A stretch of 64,000 bases of DNA from the human T2T-CHM13v2.0 reference genome, Homo sapiens. The first letter of the stretch is position 1. Every line of letters starts with the position of its first letter. The translations under genes and the position numbers were made by a program. This document shows positions 15,201 to 37,675 of the stretch, in pieces. The notes beneath the pieces are model-generated. The model searched no databases and had not been told where the DNA came from. It saw only the letters and a list, made by a program, of their open reading frames with translations. Location of the stretch: assembly GCF_009914755.1 (NCBI RefSeq), contig NC_060929.1. One strand, written 5' to 3'.

Positions 15201-15863
15201 GTTGGCTGTTATTTTTATTTTTCTCTCTTCTAAGCAAATATGCCATTCTGGGTCCTCCGTACTCTTATTGGGACATTTGCTTTGTAGGCTGAAGGATTTG
15301 CACTAATTCAATTATACTGTTTCATCCCAGGACATTTGTGAGGAAGCTAGGGTTAGTTAAGGTTGTTGCCTGTCACTGAGAAGCATAGTAACCCCAGCCC
15401 TAATCCTCACCCTAATCCTAACGTTTGAGGGTAGATCATGTCAGGATTTATCTAATTCACACACATCTCTTCTCACAGCTCACCCCTGTCTGCAGGCACT
15501 GCACTGCTCCAGGACCAATCCTGACCTTGGGCAAGAGGAATTTGAATAGCTCTTGTCTGACGTTCTGGTCATGAGCAAATTGTCTCATAAATTGTCTGGA
15601 CTATCTGCCCTTCTGCCCCATTCTCCATCTCTGTAATCTTTCAGATCTTGGTTATTTCATTGTAGTAGTTCTTGTCTGGCCCTGTTTTTATCTCTCACTC
15701 CTACCTATAGGTCTTTCTGAATACCAATTAGGGGACTAGGGATCTGCTTTCTACAACCAATAACTGATTTCTCAAATTCTTCCTGCCTACATGTCTAAAA
15801 TTCTGAGCATTTTTGCTCATAGGTTTTATGTCACTGTCACCATCTAATTTTCTAGATGCTTCT

Positions 15864-16526
<663 letters not shown>

Positions 16527-16599
16527 TGATCTGCCTATGATACTGGACTTTCTCCTAGTATATAAAGCAGCATGTCTTCTTTACCTCCAACTACTCCCT

Positions 16600-16970
16600 G
16601 GTACTGTTGCTTCATTTAAGTGGGTAGGGCAGAAATGCTATATGTTCATCAGAACTCACTTTACAACCTCTCTTACAGTTAGGCTTGGTCACGTGACTGA
16701 ATTATCACAGAAAGAATGTGGGTGGATATGATGTCCACCCCTTGATATGATCCTCCACACCTTCTCTCTCTTCCCATACCTACTATCTGTTAGACACAGA
16801 GGCTTGAACAGAGGACTCCAAGGCCATACAGGAAAACAGAGCCATAGGATGCAAGAAGCCTGCATCTCTGAATGACCACATAGACGGCTGCCTATTGACT
16901 ATGCATATCCACATTGGACTTTGTATGAATGAGAAATAAATTTTTATTTTGTTAAGCCACTGAGATAAAT
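16600..16970 (+). mobile_element. MLT1-type MaLR LTR fragment
   Basis: GAGAAATAAA...TTGTTAAGCCACTGAGAT 3' motif. Confidence 0.6.
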
Positions 16971-17628
16971 ATATATAGCACTATTATCATACTTCATACA
17001 ATGGGCCTGTCTAAATCCAATTCTTAGCTATTCTGTCTGTTTTCGTTGCAACTATCCAGACAGGCCTGACTTGACTCTTCCAAAGAAAAATACCTCAAAT
17101 GCACATCTTTGATCTTATGAAAACTAAGCTTTAACTGGTATAACCATATGCAACCTTTCCACATTCTTTAAATAGTCTTAGAACAGTGATCCTTAGACCT
17201 CTTTGAAAATCTGACAGGAGCTAGAAATTGTTTTCCAGTAAAAAATCTCTATACATACAAAAATACCATGCAAATACCTGAGAGTTCACAAACCCCTGAA
17301 GAGCATCTAAGGATTTCAGGATAACTCCTGCTATTGGATTCAGCAATGGATGAAAGTCAGTTTTATATCAGTCTTCTCACACTGAATTGCCCTCTCTTCA
17401 ATATTAGTTTAAAACATTCATTAGTGAATCTGGCTGCAAAATAAGTCCATAATAACAACTTAGTCTTTCTGCTTCTATATTTATTTAATTTTGCCTTTTA
17501 CCAGATGAGTTTTTCTTCATCTGCTATGTAGTTTTTCATTAGAGAGAAAACATGTTTGACTCAGGACAAATTTTTGTGACACAGATTTTTCCAGATTTCT
17601 CCTAATTTCAAACTTCTCTTGCTTGCTA

Positions 17629-18332
<704 letters not shown>

Positions 18333-19343
18333 TGAAAGGAAAACAAAGGTTTGATGGACAGGATTTACTTGTAGGCAGTTTGTTTATGTGCTCAAAAGCA
18401 CCCAAAAGAGAGTTGTGGAAAGAAATGCCTATTGTAGGGTAGTCATATGAAATTATATCTGAATACACTTTTATCTGTGCAGTGAAGTATTTCAGAAAAC
18501 AGAAACACCTTTGTATCTTCAAATAAGTAGGTTGAATGGCATCAGTTCTAATGGGTCATTTGTAATGATTATCATCCATTTTTCTCTTTGCATTTTAAAG
18601 TTTTTTTCTTCATTTGTTAAGACAAACTACACAAAGAGAAAAGAAACAGAGATACGAGAGAGGAAATATGGGTGAGAGAAAGAAGCTTGATTAGAGGATT
18701 TGAAAACATAATGAAATAGAGGTCTCTAAATTGGATTCTGGGCTTTGCTCTTGATAACAACCATGTACTCAATCCCTCTGCAGCTGAAAAACTGAAAACA
18801 GGAAGTGTTTTTGCTTTAGGGGAAAGATTTCATGTCAACATTAAGACATACAGTTGGATGAGCTAGAAATAACCATGCTCTTTGTAACTAGAAGAATTAT
18901 TAGATATTGGGGGTTCCTAGTATGAAAATGCAATTCCCCTGTTGACTCTCCTTTCCAGGTTTTTAAAGTTTAAGAAAACATGTCTTGTGTTATTAACGGT
19001 TCAGATGTAATCAAGCCAGCCAAAGACACCAGCACAGCAGGTAGCTACTGTGATTTCAGGGATAGCACTTAAGTGAAAATATTGCATTTTACTGAAATGC
19101 CCACCCTTACAACCCTTTTTCTTCTGTTATCAAAATGTATATTTAATTAAGCAAGTAATTCATTAGTAACATATTACTTTAAAGATTCAAACCATATAGT
19201 GGTAACTAGTTAATGAACTAACTTATAAATCAGTCATTAATTTGACCATATATTATCGCTAATCATTATGACATGACAAGAATTGGCAGGAAAGTCTCAA
19301 ATACAGGGGAGGGTAGTGAGTGCAATTAAGAGTATTAGGTCCT

Positions 19344-20855
<1,512 letters not shown>

Positions 20856-21100
20856 CTTCCCTATCCTGGCCTTTCCAATGAAAAACAACCAGTGCTGACA
20901 TTGAGTGCCCCTTAGGGGACACTGACACGCCAACTGCCAGGTAAAGGTAGGAAGGGATGAGGCTGGTGTAACGTTCTGTAAGGCTGCAGGTTTAAAAACA
21001 AAACAAAACAAACTCAAAAACCTCTAAGATTGATAATAAGAAAATGTTTGGCTTTATTCTTGAATCATAGTAAAAGCTAATATTTATTGAATACGAAGTA

Positions 21101-23672
<2,572 letters not shown>

Positions 23673-23795
23673 TATATTCTTTGCACTGTTCTACAGACTT
23701 CCTATGCGTTGAAGCATTGAAACCTATCTTCACTTTGCAGATAGGGAAACTGAAGCATGGAGAAGTAAATCACACAGTTAGAAAGCAGTGGGGCC

Positions 23796-24128
<333 letters not shown>

Positions 24129-24379
24129 TCAGTGATCCGACATCAAAGCTTGCTGGCTTTATTGCTGCACTACTCTGCTAGAGACTGTGGCTGGAATAGA
24201 GTGTGAAGCACCGCTCTCAGGGAGGGTTTCCACCAGCATGGCAGTGACACTGAAAGCATTCTGGTCCTTATTTCTTTGTCGAAACACACCATTCAAAGTT
24301 ATTTTAGAGTATTTGTCTGAAGATTTTGTAACAAATCAATTCCATTTCCAACTCTCAGAATGGCCTAATGGGATAGCTC

Positions 24380-24635
24380 ATTGAATATTTGGTCAACTTG
24401 GCGATGCCATAGAACGAAGACATTTAGTCAAACTCATCTGGATGTTGCTGTGAAGACAATTTTCAGATGAGATTAACATTTAAATCAGTAGATTTTGAGT
24501 AAAGCAAATTACTTCCGTAAGTTGGGTGGGCCTCAACCAATCAGCTGAAGGCCTTATATGGAAAAAGACGGAGTTTCCCCAAGGGAAGGAGAACATCTGA
24601 TTGGTTCTGTTTCTCTGGAGAACCTTCCTAATGTG
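24380..24635 (+). mobile_element. MLT2-type ERVL LTR, internally deleted
   Basis: GATGAGATTAACATTTAAATCAGTAGA...GGGTGGGCCTC...CCAATCAG motifs. Confidence 0.7.
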
Positions 24636-24784
24636 CCAAATACTATTAATTTTTGCGGGAAGGGCTCCGAAAAATTTTTCCTTGTACTCAGCTATAATGT
24701 GTTATAAGCAAAGCTGTTGCAAAATCTTTGTTTACCAATGAATGGTCTGAGGTCATCATGTCCTTTTTTTCTTTCTCTGCACAG

Positions 24785-24903
24785 TCCTGCATGACCCCTT
24801 GTTCACTATCAAACTGACTTCCACATACAGGAGCACCAAAGGCACAGGAATGGATGCCAATAGACTCATTAGCACCTCCTCAATATCACCTCAGTCCACT
24901 TAA
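24785..24903 (+). other. Candidate distal alternative terminal exon (39 aa if joined to exon 6)
   Basis: Long pyrimidine tract plus CAG ending 24784, phase-1 frame open to TAA at 24901-24903, AATAAA at 24938 and 24960. Confidence 0.4.
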
Positions 24904-25947
24904 CTGAGAAACAGCTGTTGAAGATGGCAAGATCCAAAATAAAACCCAGTTCTCAACCAAATAAAATATCTCTAAAAAGAGGAGAAAATGGTTGTGAGAT
25001 GTCATTTCCCATTTTTAGGAGAAACTATAAAAGGAACAGCCAACAGTTACACAGAAATTTAAGATTGTGCCTACGTTAATTCCAAGCAATAGTCTTTCTA
25101 TTTATAACCCATGCTAATTAAATGTTATCACTTACCATTCATTATTAACAGAGGTTTTCTGGCTATTGTCAAATCTCAGGTGAAAGCCTTTTAGCTTCTT
25201 TCATTCCTTCTCAATGAAACCAATTTGGCAGTCTCTTTCAAAGCAATGTCTTCAATTGGAAAGTACTACCTCATACATGAATGAACAACGTGTCTCCTCT
25301 TGTCATTGATAAGATGAACTTAGAATGAGCTTGAAATGCTATGGTGGTGGTGCTCTATTCTGGACTGCAGAAAAATCTGGAATGCCGCTGTGTAACAAGA
25401 GCAGAACATTATGGGGGAAGAAAACCCAGAAGACTAATTTTTAAAATAACTAAATTTAAGAAATGAACAAAAGCATCTTAAAATATAAAGCTCAATAGAT
25501 CTCAAGAGTAGATTGGACGTAGCTAATGAGAAAATGAGTTCTGGAAGAAAAGTTGGAAGATATGGAGGATAGAATGACGTGCACCAGCATACATCTGAGT
25601 GGGCCAGTGGTTTAGGATATTAGGCATTTTGTTTCTCCTCACTATAAAGATAGGTATTCTCAGATACTTTGCAGGTTTTAAAAATAGTTCTCTTGAAAAT
25701 TACTACCTTAAAAGTGGCATTCATAAAGATACTCTGAAGAACTGATCACTTTTATTAATTGGATGAATGCAGATGAACAAAATTATTAATTCAAGGTAAC
25801 CCCTTATAGGCATGACCTATCTGCTAATTTCTCTTGCAATCATTTTGTTTTGTTTCTTATTCTTACATAATCTCATAAAGCACCTCAATTCCTCATTTCA
25901 CTTCTTCATGTATTGAATGCCTTTCTATTTAATAAATAATATGATCT

Positions 25948-26346
<399 letters not shown>

Positions 26347-26640
26347 TTATTTTCTTCATTTTACAATGAAGGAATGGAGAACGAAATAGGTTAAGATACT
26401 TGCCCAAGGTCATACAGCTACTCATTCATAAAGGCAAACAATTCACATTTGTTTGTCAAGGTTAACCCATTGCAGGAGTGACTCATCTCATTCCTAATTA
26501 TAAGCCACTCTTTTATATGACCTATTTTATACTCCTTCCTCTCCTCTTCCATTACAACTCATCCTATTCCACCCTCCCTTCTCCAAATGAGAAATGTTCA
26601 TAGTCTGGGAAAAAATATCTAGAAAAGTCAATGGCTTTGC

Positions 26641-26926
<286 letters not shown>

Positions 26927-27061
26927 ATTATTTTCTTTTTAGTAGAAGTATCTGGATAATTTCCCTCATTTTTCATTTCGTTATGATTATAGAGACCTGG
27001 CTAATGGTATTTCACATGTCTACTAGGACTTAAGGAAAATCCTTCAGACTTGGTGTTCTAG

Positions 27062-27366
<305 letters not shown>

Positions 27367-27658
27367 TCAAGACAATTTCATAATGATCCTTAGGTCAAGG
27401 TTTAGATGAGAAATTCATTGCTATGGTGTACAGAGGCAACAACATCCTCCTACATCCTGGCTAGAGCAGCAAAGCTTGCTACTGTTTGGCAAAGTTTCTA
27501 GGTGGTATTTTTAGAACAATATCCTCCTCTGTTTGGTGCTGCTGGAATATGGCTCTTGATTCACAGATGGGTGTCTCTGGGGTGACTGGGGAGCTAAATT
27601 TTCAAGTCTTCCCCTCACTGGATAAACAGTGACTCTTTCCAATTTTTGTTAAAATCTT

Positions 27659-29680
27659 TTTTTCTTTTTTTTTTATTTATTTTTTATTTTTTTTTTAATT
27701 GATCATTCTTGGGTGTTTCTCGCAGAGGGGGATTTGGCAGGGTCATAGGACAATAGTGGAGGGAAGGTCAGCAGATAAACAAGTGAACAAAGGTCTCTGG
27801 TTTTCCTAGGCAGAGTGTGTGTGTCCCTGGGTACTTGAGATTAGGGAGTGGTGATGACTCTTAACGAGCATGCTGCCTTCAAGCATCTGTTTAACAAAGC
27901 ACATCTTGCACCGCCCTTAATCCATTTAACCCTGAGTGGACACAGCACATCTTTCAGAGAGCACAGGGTTGGGGGTAAGGTCATAGATCAACAGGATCCC
28001 AAGGCAGAAGAATTTTTCTTAGTGCAGAACAAAATGAAAAGTCTCCCATGTCTACTTCTTTCTACACAGGCACGGCAACCATCCGATTTCTCAATCTTTT
28101 CCCCACCTTTCCCCCTTTTCTATTCCACAAAACCGCCATTGTCATCATGGCCCGTTCTCAATGAGCTGTTGGGTACACCTCCCAGACGGGGTGGTGGCCG
28201 GGCAGAGGGGCTCCTCACTTCCCAGTAGGGGCGGCCGGGCAGAGGCGCCCCTCACCTCCCGGACCGGGCGGCTGGCCGGGCAGGGGGCTGACCCCCTACC
28301 TCCCTCCCGGACAAGGCGTCTCGCCTGGCGGGGGGCTGACCCCCCCACCTCCCTCCCGGACGGGGCGGCTGGCCGGGCAGAGGGGCTCCTCACCTCCCAG
28401 TAGGGGCGGCCGGGCAGAGGCGCCCCTCACCTCCCGGACAGGGCGGCTGGCTGGGCGGGGGGCTGACCCCCCCACCTCCCTCCCAGACGGGGCGGCTCGC
28501 CGGGCGGGGGGCTGACCCCCCCACCTCCCTCCCGGACGGGGCGGCTTGCCTGGCGGGGGGCTGACCCCCCCACCCCCCTCCCGGATGGGGCGGCTGGCCG
28601 GGCGGGGGGCTGACCCCCCCACCTCCCTCCCGGACGGGGCGGCTGGCCGGGTGGGGGGCTGACTCCCCCACCTCCCTCCCGGACGGGGCGGCTGGCCGGG
28701 CAGAGGGGCTCCTCACTTCCCAGTAGGGCAGCTGGGCAGAGGCGCCCCTCACCTCCCGGACGGGGTGGCTGGCCGGGTGGGGGGCTGACCCCCCACCTCC
28801 CTCCCGGACGGGGCGGCTGGCCTGGCGGGGGCTGACCCCCACCTCCCTTCCGGACGGGGTGGCTGCCGGGCGGAGACGCTCCTCACTTCTCAGATGGGGC
28901 AGTTGCCAGGTGGAGGGTCTCCTCACTTCTCAGACGGGGCGGCCGGGCAGAGACGCTCCTCACCTCCCAGACGGGGTCGCGGCCGGGCCGAGGCGCTCCT
29001 CACATCCCAGACGGGGCGGCGGGGCAGAGGCGCTCCCCACATCTCAGACGATGGGCGGCCGGGCAGAGATGCTCCTCACTTCCTAGATGGGATGGCGGCC
29101 GGGCAGAGACGCTCCTCACTTTCCAGACTGGGCAGCCAGGCAGAGGGGCTCCTCACATCCCAGACGATGCGCGGCCAGGCAGAGACGCTCCTCACTTCCC
29201 AGACGGGGTAGCCGCCGGGCAGAGGCTGCAATCTCGGCACTTTGGGGGGCCAAGGCAGGCGGCTGGGAGGTGGAGGTTGTAGCCGAGATCACGCCACTGC
29301 ACTCCAGCCTGGGCACCATTGAGCACTGAGTTAAGGAGACTCCGTCTGCAATCCCGGCACCTCGGGAGGCCGAGGCTGGCGGATCACTCGCGGTTAGGAG
29401 CTGGAGACCAGCCCGGCCAACACAGCGAAACCCCGTCTCCACCAAAAAAATACGAAAACCCGTCAGGCGTGGCGGCGCGCGCCTGCAATCGCAGGCTCTG
29501 GGCAGGCTGAGGCAGGAGAATCAGGCAGGGAGGTTGCAGTGAGCCGAGATGGCAGCAGCACAGTCCAGCTTTGGCTCGGCATGAGAGGGAGACGGTGGAA
29601 AGAGAGGGAGAGGGAGAGGGAGACCGTGGAAAGAGAGGGAGAGGGAGAGGAGGGAGAGGGAGAGGGAGAGGGAGAGGGAC
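27659..29680 (-). mobile_element. Full-length SVA retrotransposon (SVA_D-like)
   Basis: Poly-T 27659-27696, SINE-R to about 28190, GC-rich VNTR to about 29220, Alu-like region, (GGGAGA)n hexamer to 29678. 15-bp TSD TTTTGTTAAAATCTT at 27644-27658 and 29681-29695. Confidence 0.98.
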
Positions 29681-29747
29681 TTTTGTTAAAATCTTAACAG
29701 GCCACCAAGGCTGATGAAAAAAGCTTCAGAAGAGAAACTTCTTGTAG

Positions 29748-30281
<534 letters not shown>

Positions 30282-31299
30282 TGAAGCTGTCAATCCATGT
30301 TAGTGTGCTAGAGTCTTTTTCACATTTCTAAAATTTTTGTGGGTACATAGTAGGTGTCTATATTTGTGGGGAGAGTCTGCATTTCTGACAAGCTCCTGGG
30401 TGATGCTGACACTACTGGTCTCTCAACCACAAGGATATACAGACCTGTATGGAGGAAGAATATTGCCTTTCAGTGGAGCTAGCCATGGCTGGTTTATTTG
30501 TTTTTGCTTTTCTTGAAGGCTTGTGCTAAATAATAAAATCTACCTCACTTTCTTTCCACCTTGTCACTTGTGTTTGGAGCAACACAATGGAAGGAGCAAG
30601 CTGTAACTTGTGAACAGGAGACACATTAATGAAATAAAGCTCCAGAGAGAGAACTCAAGCTGGCCTGTTGCCGTGACACTGGGCTAATGACACTGAGCTG
30701 GAAGAGTGATTCCCCTGGAGTCCTTATCAAGTGACACCATCTTAATTACCCAGTGAAAAGACAGCCCGTTTCCAGCAAACAATTACTTCCTGATCGATAC
30801 CCTTGTCTTGTTAAGTATGCTTCCTGACCATTTATAGCCAAACATTTGATGTACTTTTCCTGAGAAGAAAAATCACCTTCTTAGCTATCTCTACTCAGCA
30901 GAAGCCCCTGCCCACATCACACACAAAACCATCTACATTTAGATATTCTGAATGGTTGGAAACTCCTATTTATTATCCTTCGGTGACTTTTATCTTTAGA
31001 TGAAGAACTGAGAAGAGCACACAAGTTCCTCTCAGCAACATGATTTATGCTTGAGGCTAAGGCCTCAACTTGGGGAAGGGAAGAAGGTTGTTTCAAGCCT
31101 GTGGCCTCCTGTCACTCCCCACCCCTGGAAGGCCCTTCACTTTTGGGTGTGGCCTAGAGGCCTCATGGACAGCAGTCCCTTCTGACACCCAGTGAGATAT
31201 CATCTGGGAGGGCTGCGCAGCCCTCAGTTCCCCTCATGGCTCTCTCTTTCACTTCCCTCCATGACACCACCTCATCGAGTTGAAGATGTTATTGATGAG

Positions 31300-31748
31300 T
31301 GCAGTGGGTGTATAGTGTCCTCCCAAAATTCATGTCCACCCAGAAATTCAGAATGCAACCTTATCTGGAAATAGAATCTTTGCAAATGTGATTAGTTAAG
31401 ATGAAATCATACTGAGTTAGGATGAACCTGAAATCCAATCACTGGTGTCCTTGTAAGAGGAAAGGTCACAAAGAGACAGAGGAGATACACAGAGGAGCCC
31501 ATGTAATGATGGGTACGGAGACTGACGTGGCACAACTATAAGCCAAGGAATGCCAGGGAAGGCCAGCTAGCAGAAGCTAGGGAAAAACACAGAGGGATTC
31601 TCCCCTGGAGCCTTTGGAGGGAGTGTGGCCCTGCTGACACCTTGGTTCTGGACTTCTGGCCCCCAGAACTGTGAGAAAATAAATTTCTTTTGCTTGAAGC
31701 CACCCAGTTTGTGGTGCTTTGTTGCGGCAGCCCTGGAAAACTAACACA
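31300..31748 (+). mobile_element. MLT1B/C MaLR solo LTR
   Basis: TG...CA termini, MLT1 motifs, 5-bp TSD ATGAG. Confidence 0.88.
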
Positions 31749-32265
31749 ATGAGTAAGGGAAAGTAAAGGAATTAAAAGGTGTGCAGGAAAGAATTTAAAG
31801 CTATGTGAAAATCATGACTTTCCCTCTACTGTCTAAGGAAAAAGAAATCCCTAAGAATGAATAGGGCCTACTCATTTGCTCACCTTACTCAAGGCTCAAG
31901 TCACAGCTTTCTGTGGGAGCATCTTTTTCAAACCTCCACAGTTGAAATCTCCATCCAGTAGGGGATTTTATTCATTTAGGACTCTTGGGAAATCTCGCTC
32001 AATTCCATTAGGGATTGGTCTCACCCTAGGGCTGCTTTCCCTTCCCCCACAATTTGTGATAATAGTCCCCAGCTGTGTTTTTCTCTAATTCTGAATTATC
32101 CAGCCCAGAATCACAGTACAGGGGAAGAACCTCCAGCAGGATGTCCAGAACAAGCAATGGCGACTTAGGTTTATTCAGGGTCTCCTACCCTGTAGTTGTA
32201 GATCCGCCCTGTCATTCTTTTGAAGGTCCAGAGGGTAACTCTGGGACTATAAACATGTGAATGTG

Positions 32266-32268
<3 letters not shown>

Positions 32269-32297
<29 letters not shown>
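32269..32297. repeat. (CA)n microsatellite
   Basis: Direct reading. Confidence 0.95.
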
Positions 32298-32609
32298 GCC
32301 CTACATCTCTCTAGGACAAACATCCACTCTCAGATACAACACAATCCAGCGGAGGAATAATTAGCAAAGCCACCCTGTGGACTTAATGGACTTGTAGTGG
32401 ACATAGGACATCATATAACATAACTCTTACATTACTACTACTATGCAGATGTCGATAATACAGGATTTTCACCTTCAAACAAGAGGACAAAAATCTGATC
32501 GTCTTTGGATATTTTGTGGCATTGAAAAAAGGGACAAAAAATCCTTTTGGCCATTCTCTGTTTCTTCAAATCATATTTTCATTTTCTAGCAGTTAAAAAC
32601 AAGAGTTCT

Positions 32610-33093
<484 letters not shown>

Positions 33094-33440
33094 TTAGTTG
33101 CTCACTTTTTCTTTGGAATTCTAACACCTTAGATAAGTGTCCTTGCTTTACAAAAAATGATACGACTTCTGCCACAAGACGGGCTTGGGGAGAACTCCGG
33201 CCATTGGTGTTAAGGTGGATTGCCTCTCCTAGTTTATAATCAGGAGTGTTTTGTGTTCGTTGAGCTCAAAATTCATTCAAATACACTTTCAAAGTTTTCA
33301 GTTGATTAAAGTGGCTCAGAAAAAAAATTCCTGTTTGTGTCTTTTTGCTGTGCTACTCTTAAACACTTAAAAGGCTTTTTTTTTTTTTTTTTTTTTAGCA
33401 TAAATACTGCAGGTATTTAGCATAAATACAACAGATAGCT

Positions 33441-33958
<518 letters not shown>

Positions 33959-33962
33959 ATAG

Positions 33963-34360
<398 letters not shown>

Positions 34361-35506
34361 GATTTTTCTGTATTTATAAATATCATTAATATGTTATTTT
34401 TAAGATGGAATTATATTTTTTGTTTTATAATCTGCTTCTCTCCCTAAACTATATTGTGTGAATATCTTTCCCTTGTTTACAAATGTGCCTCTATATTTAT
34501 TTAGTCAATCCTGTGGTGCGTTTTTACTGTGTCAACTTGGCTGGAACTATATTCCCTAGAATTTCCTTCCCTTGGTGGCTCTTGGTTACAGTTGGAGAAA
34601 TGTATGAGTGGAAATTGATGGAAGGTAGAAATGCAGCTGCAGCCGTTTTGTTGATAGTAGAGTGTGATGCAGGGCTAGTGGCTTTTGCAGCTCATGCACA
34701 TTGTTGCTAATCTGCTAGTTCCCTCTGTAGATATGTACAGCTCTGCAGGGAAGGGCACGAGCTTATCCTGCAGGTTATTGACATCATTAAGGTTGGCAGT
34801 CTGTTCTAGAACCCGTAGAACTAGTTACATCCCGAGTTCCACATTCTCCTCCCAGGTTTCAGTTTGTCCTTGCTTCATATTCACCGTTCATTCCCAAGTG
34901 CTGGGTCTGCTGATTTCAAGCCCAACACCAGAAGCAGAAGCTGCCTTCTTACATAGATGGCTTAACCACCTCCCACATCTGCATATCTATCCCTATGTGT
35001 CACTCACTCATGGTAGTTCTGCTTCTCCTTTTGAATAGTGTAACCAATCTAGAATTTGGTGCCATAAGTGGGGTATTCTGGTTATCTATTACTATGTAGT
35101 AAAACATCTCAACATATACTGGCTTAAAACAGCAGTCATCATTTTATTAACTCTCATGGTTACTATGAGTTGGGTATTTGAGAAGCACTCAGTAGGGTGA
35201 TTCCACTAATGGTTCCCTCAGGTCCCTTCTAGTTTCCTCCACCACCTAGTCCTAAAGCCAATGCCATTTGCTTTAGGCTTCTCTTATGGCAGCACCTTAC
35301 TTAAGGCACCAAATTCTCTTCTGATAATCAATTACCGGCCTAAAAACCACCCTAAAGCAACAATAATTATTTTATTATCTCTCACAGTTTCTGTGTATGA
35401 TTTGGAAAGGATTCAACTGGCAGGTTTTGGCTCAGTGTCTTCCCATGGTTGTAGTCTGATGGTGGCTGGGGCTGGGATGGCAGGAGTATGGAGCAGCTGA
35501 AGCTGA

Positions 35507-35843
<337 letters not shown>

Positions 35844-36447
35844 GGGCATCCTTCTCTTTACATATAGTCCCAAGGCCTCTCCATGTGGTTTTTCCACATG
35901 GGCTACCTCAGAGCCTGGCAGCCTCAGGGCAGTGAGGCCCTTTATATGGTGGCTGAAGGCTTTCACAGTGTGAATCCCAGTGAATAAGACAGCACGTTTA
36001 GTGACTTAGAGTTTTTTTGTTTCAAGAATAGGATATTCTCTTCCTTCTCTAAGGATATTGATGCCTTTTTTTCCCCTTTCTTGTTTTCATCTCCTTCCAT
36101 AGTTTCTTTCTTCCAATTTTTTGGTTTATGCTCTATCTTTTATGAGTCTTATCCTTTTAGTTTGCATCTATTTCATTAGTAATAAAGTTAAATCTTTAAA
36201 AGCTGATTAGTCACACGCATTTTTTTTCCTTTTTGATCTACCAGTTCATTTCTTTTGCCCATTTTTCTATTGTGTTTGTCTATTCCTTGAAGGTTTCAAA
36301 GAACTCTTTATATGTTAATGATAGTAAATGTTTGCCATATATATGACAGATATTATTTTCCCATATAGTTTTCATATTTTCCGAACTAAAAATTATGATA
36401 AATGCTATGTAAAAGGATGTTTATCTGGTTTACCTATGTATGTAGAT

Positions 36448-36665
36448 CGGGGTGTCCAATCCTTTGGTTTCCCTGGGCCACAATGGAAGAAGAAAAATTG
36501 TCTTGGACCACACATAAAATACACTAAACTGACAATAGCTGATGAGCTAAAAAAAAAATTGCAAAAAACTCATAATGTTTTAAGAAAATTTATGAATTTG
36601 TGCTGGATCTCATTCAAACCAGTCCTGGGCCACATGGCCCGTGGGCCGCTGGTTGGACAAGCTTG
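36448..36665 (+). mobile_element. MER30 (hAT-Charlie) element
   Basis: GGGGTGTCCAATC...GGTTGGACAAGCTTG termini, 8-bp TSD ATGTAGAT. Confidence 0.9.
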
Positions 36666-36953
36666 ATGTAGATAAAAAGATTTACAAAAACTCATAAAAA
36701 CAAATTGTACTTAGTTATAATCTAACAATATACCTTTAAATAAAGTGATAAAAAATATCCTGAAATAAGAACAATTCTTGAACATCCATACTTAGGAGAT
36801 AGTGTTTCTCAGTCCTAGCTGCACATTAGAATCACTTAGAGAACTTTCAAAGTACTGACGCCTGGCACCTGCCCTCACCAAAGCTTGGTGTGGGATTCTA
36901 ATGTGCAGCCAGGGATGCAAACCTCTGCTGTATGTAATTGATCCTATTGATCA

Positions 36954-37675
<722 letters not shown>

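Noticed and set aside
27848-29510. Cluster of overlapping Pro/Arg/Gly-rich ORFs up to 178 aa
   Set aside because: Translations of the GC-rich SVA VNTR and Alu-like region, not genes.
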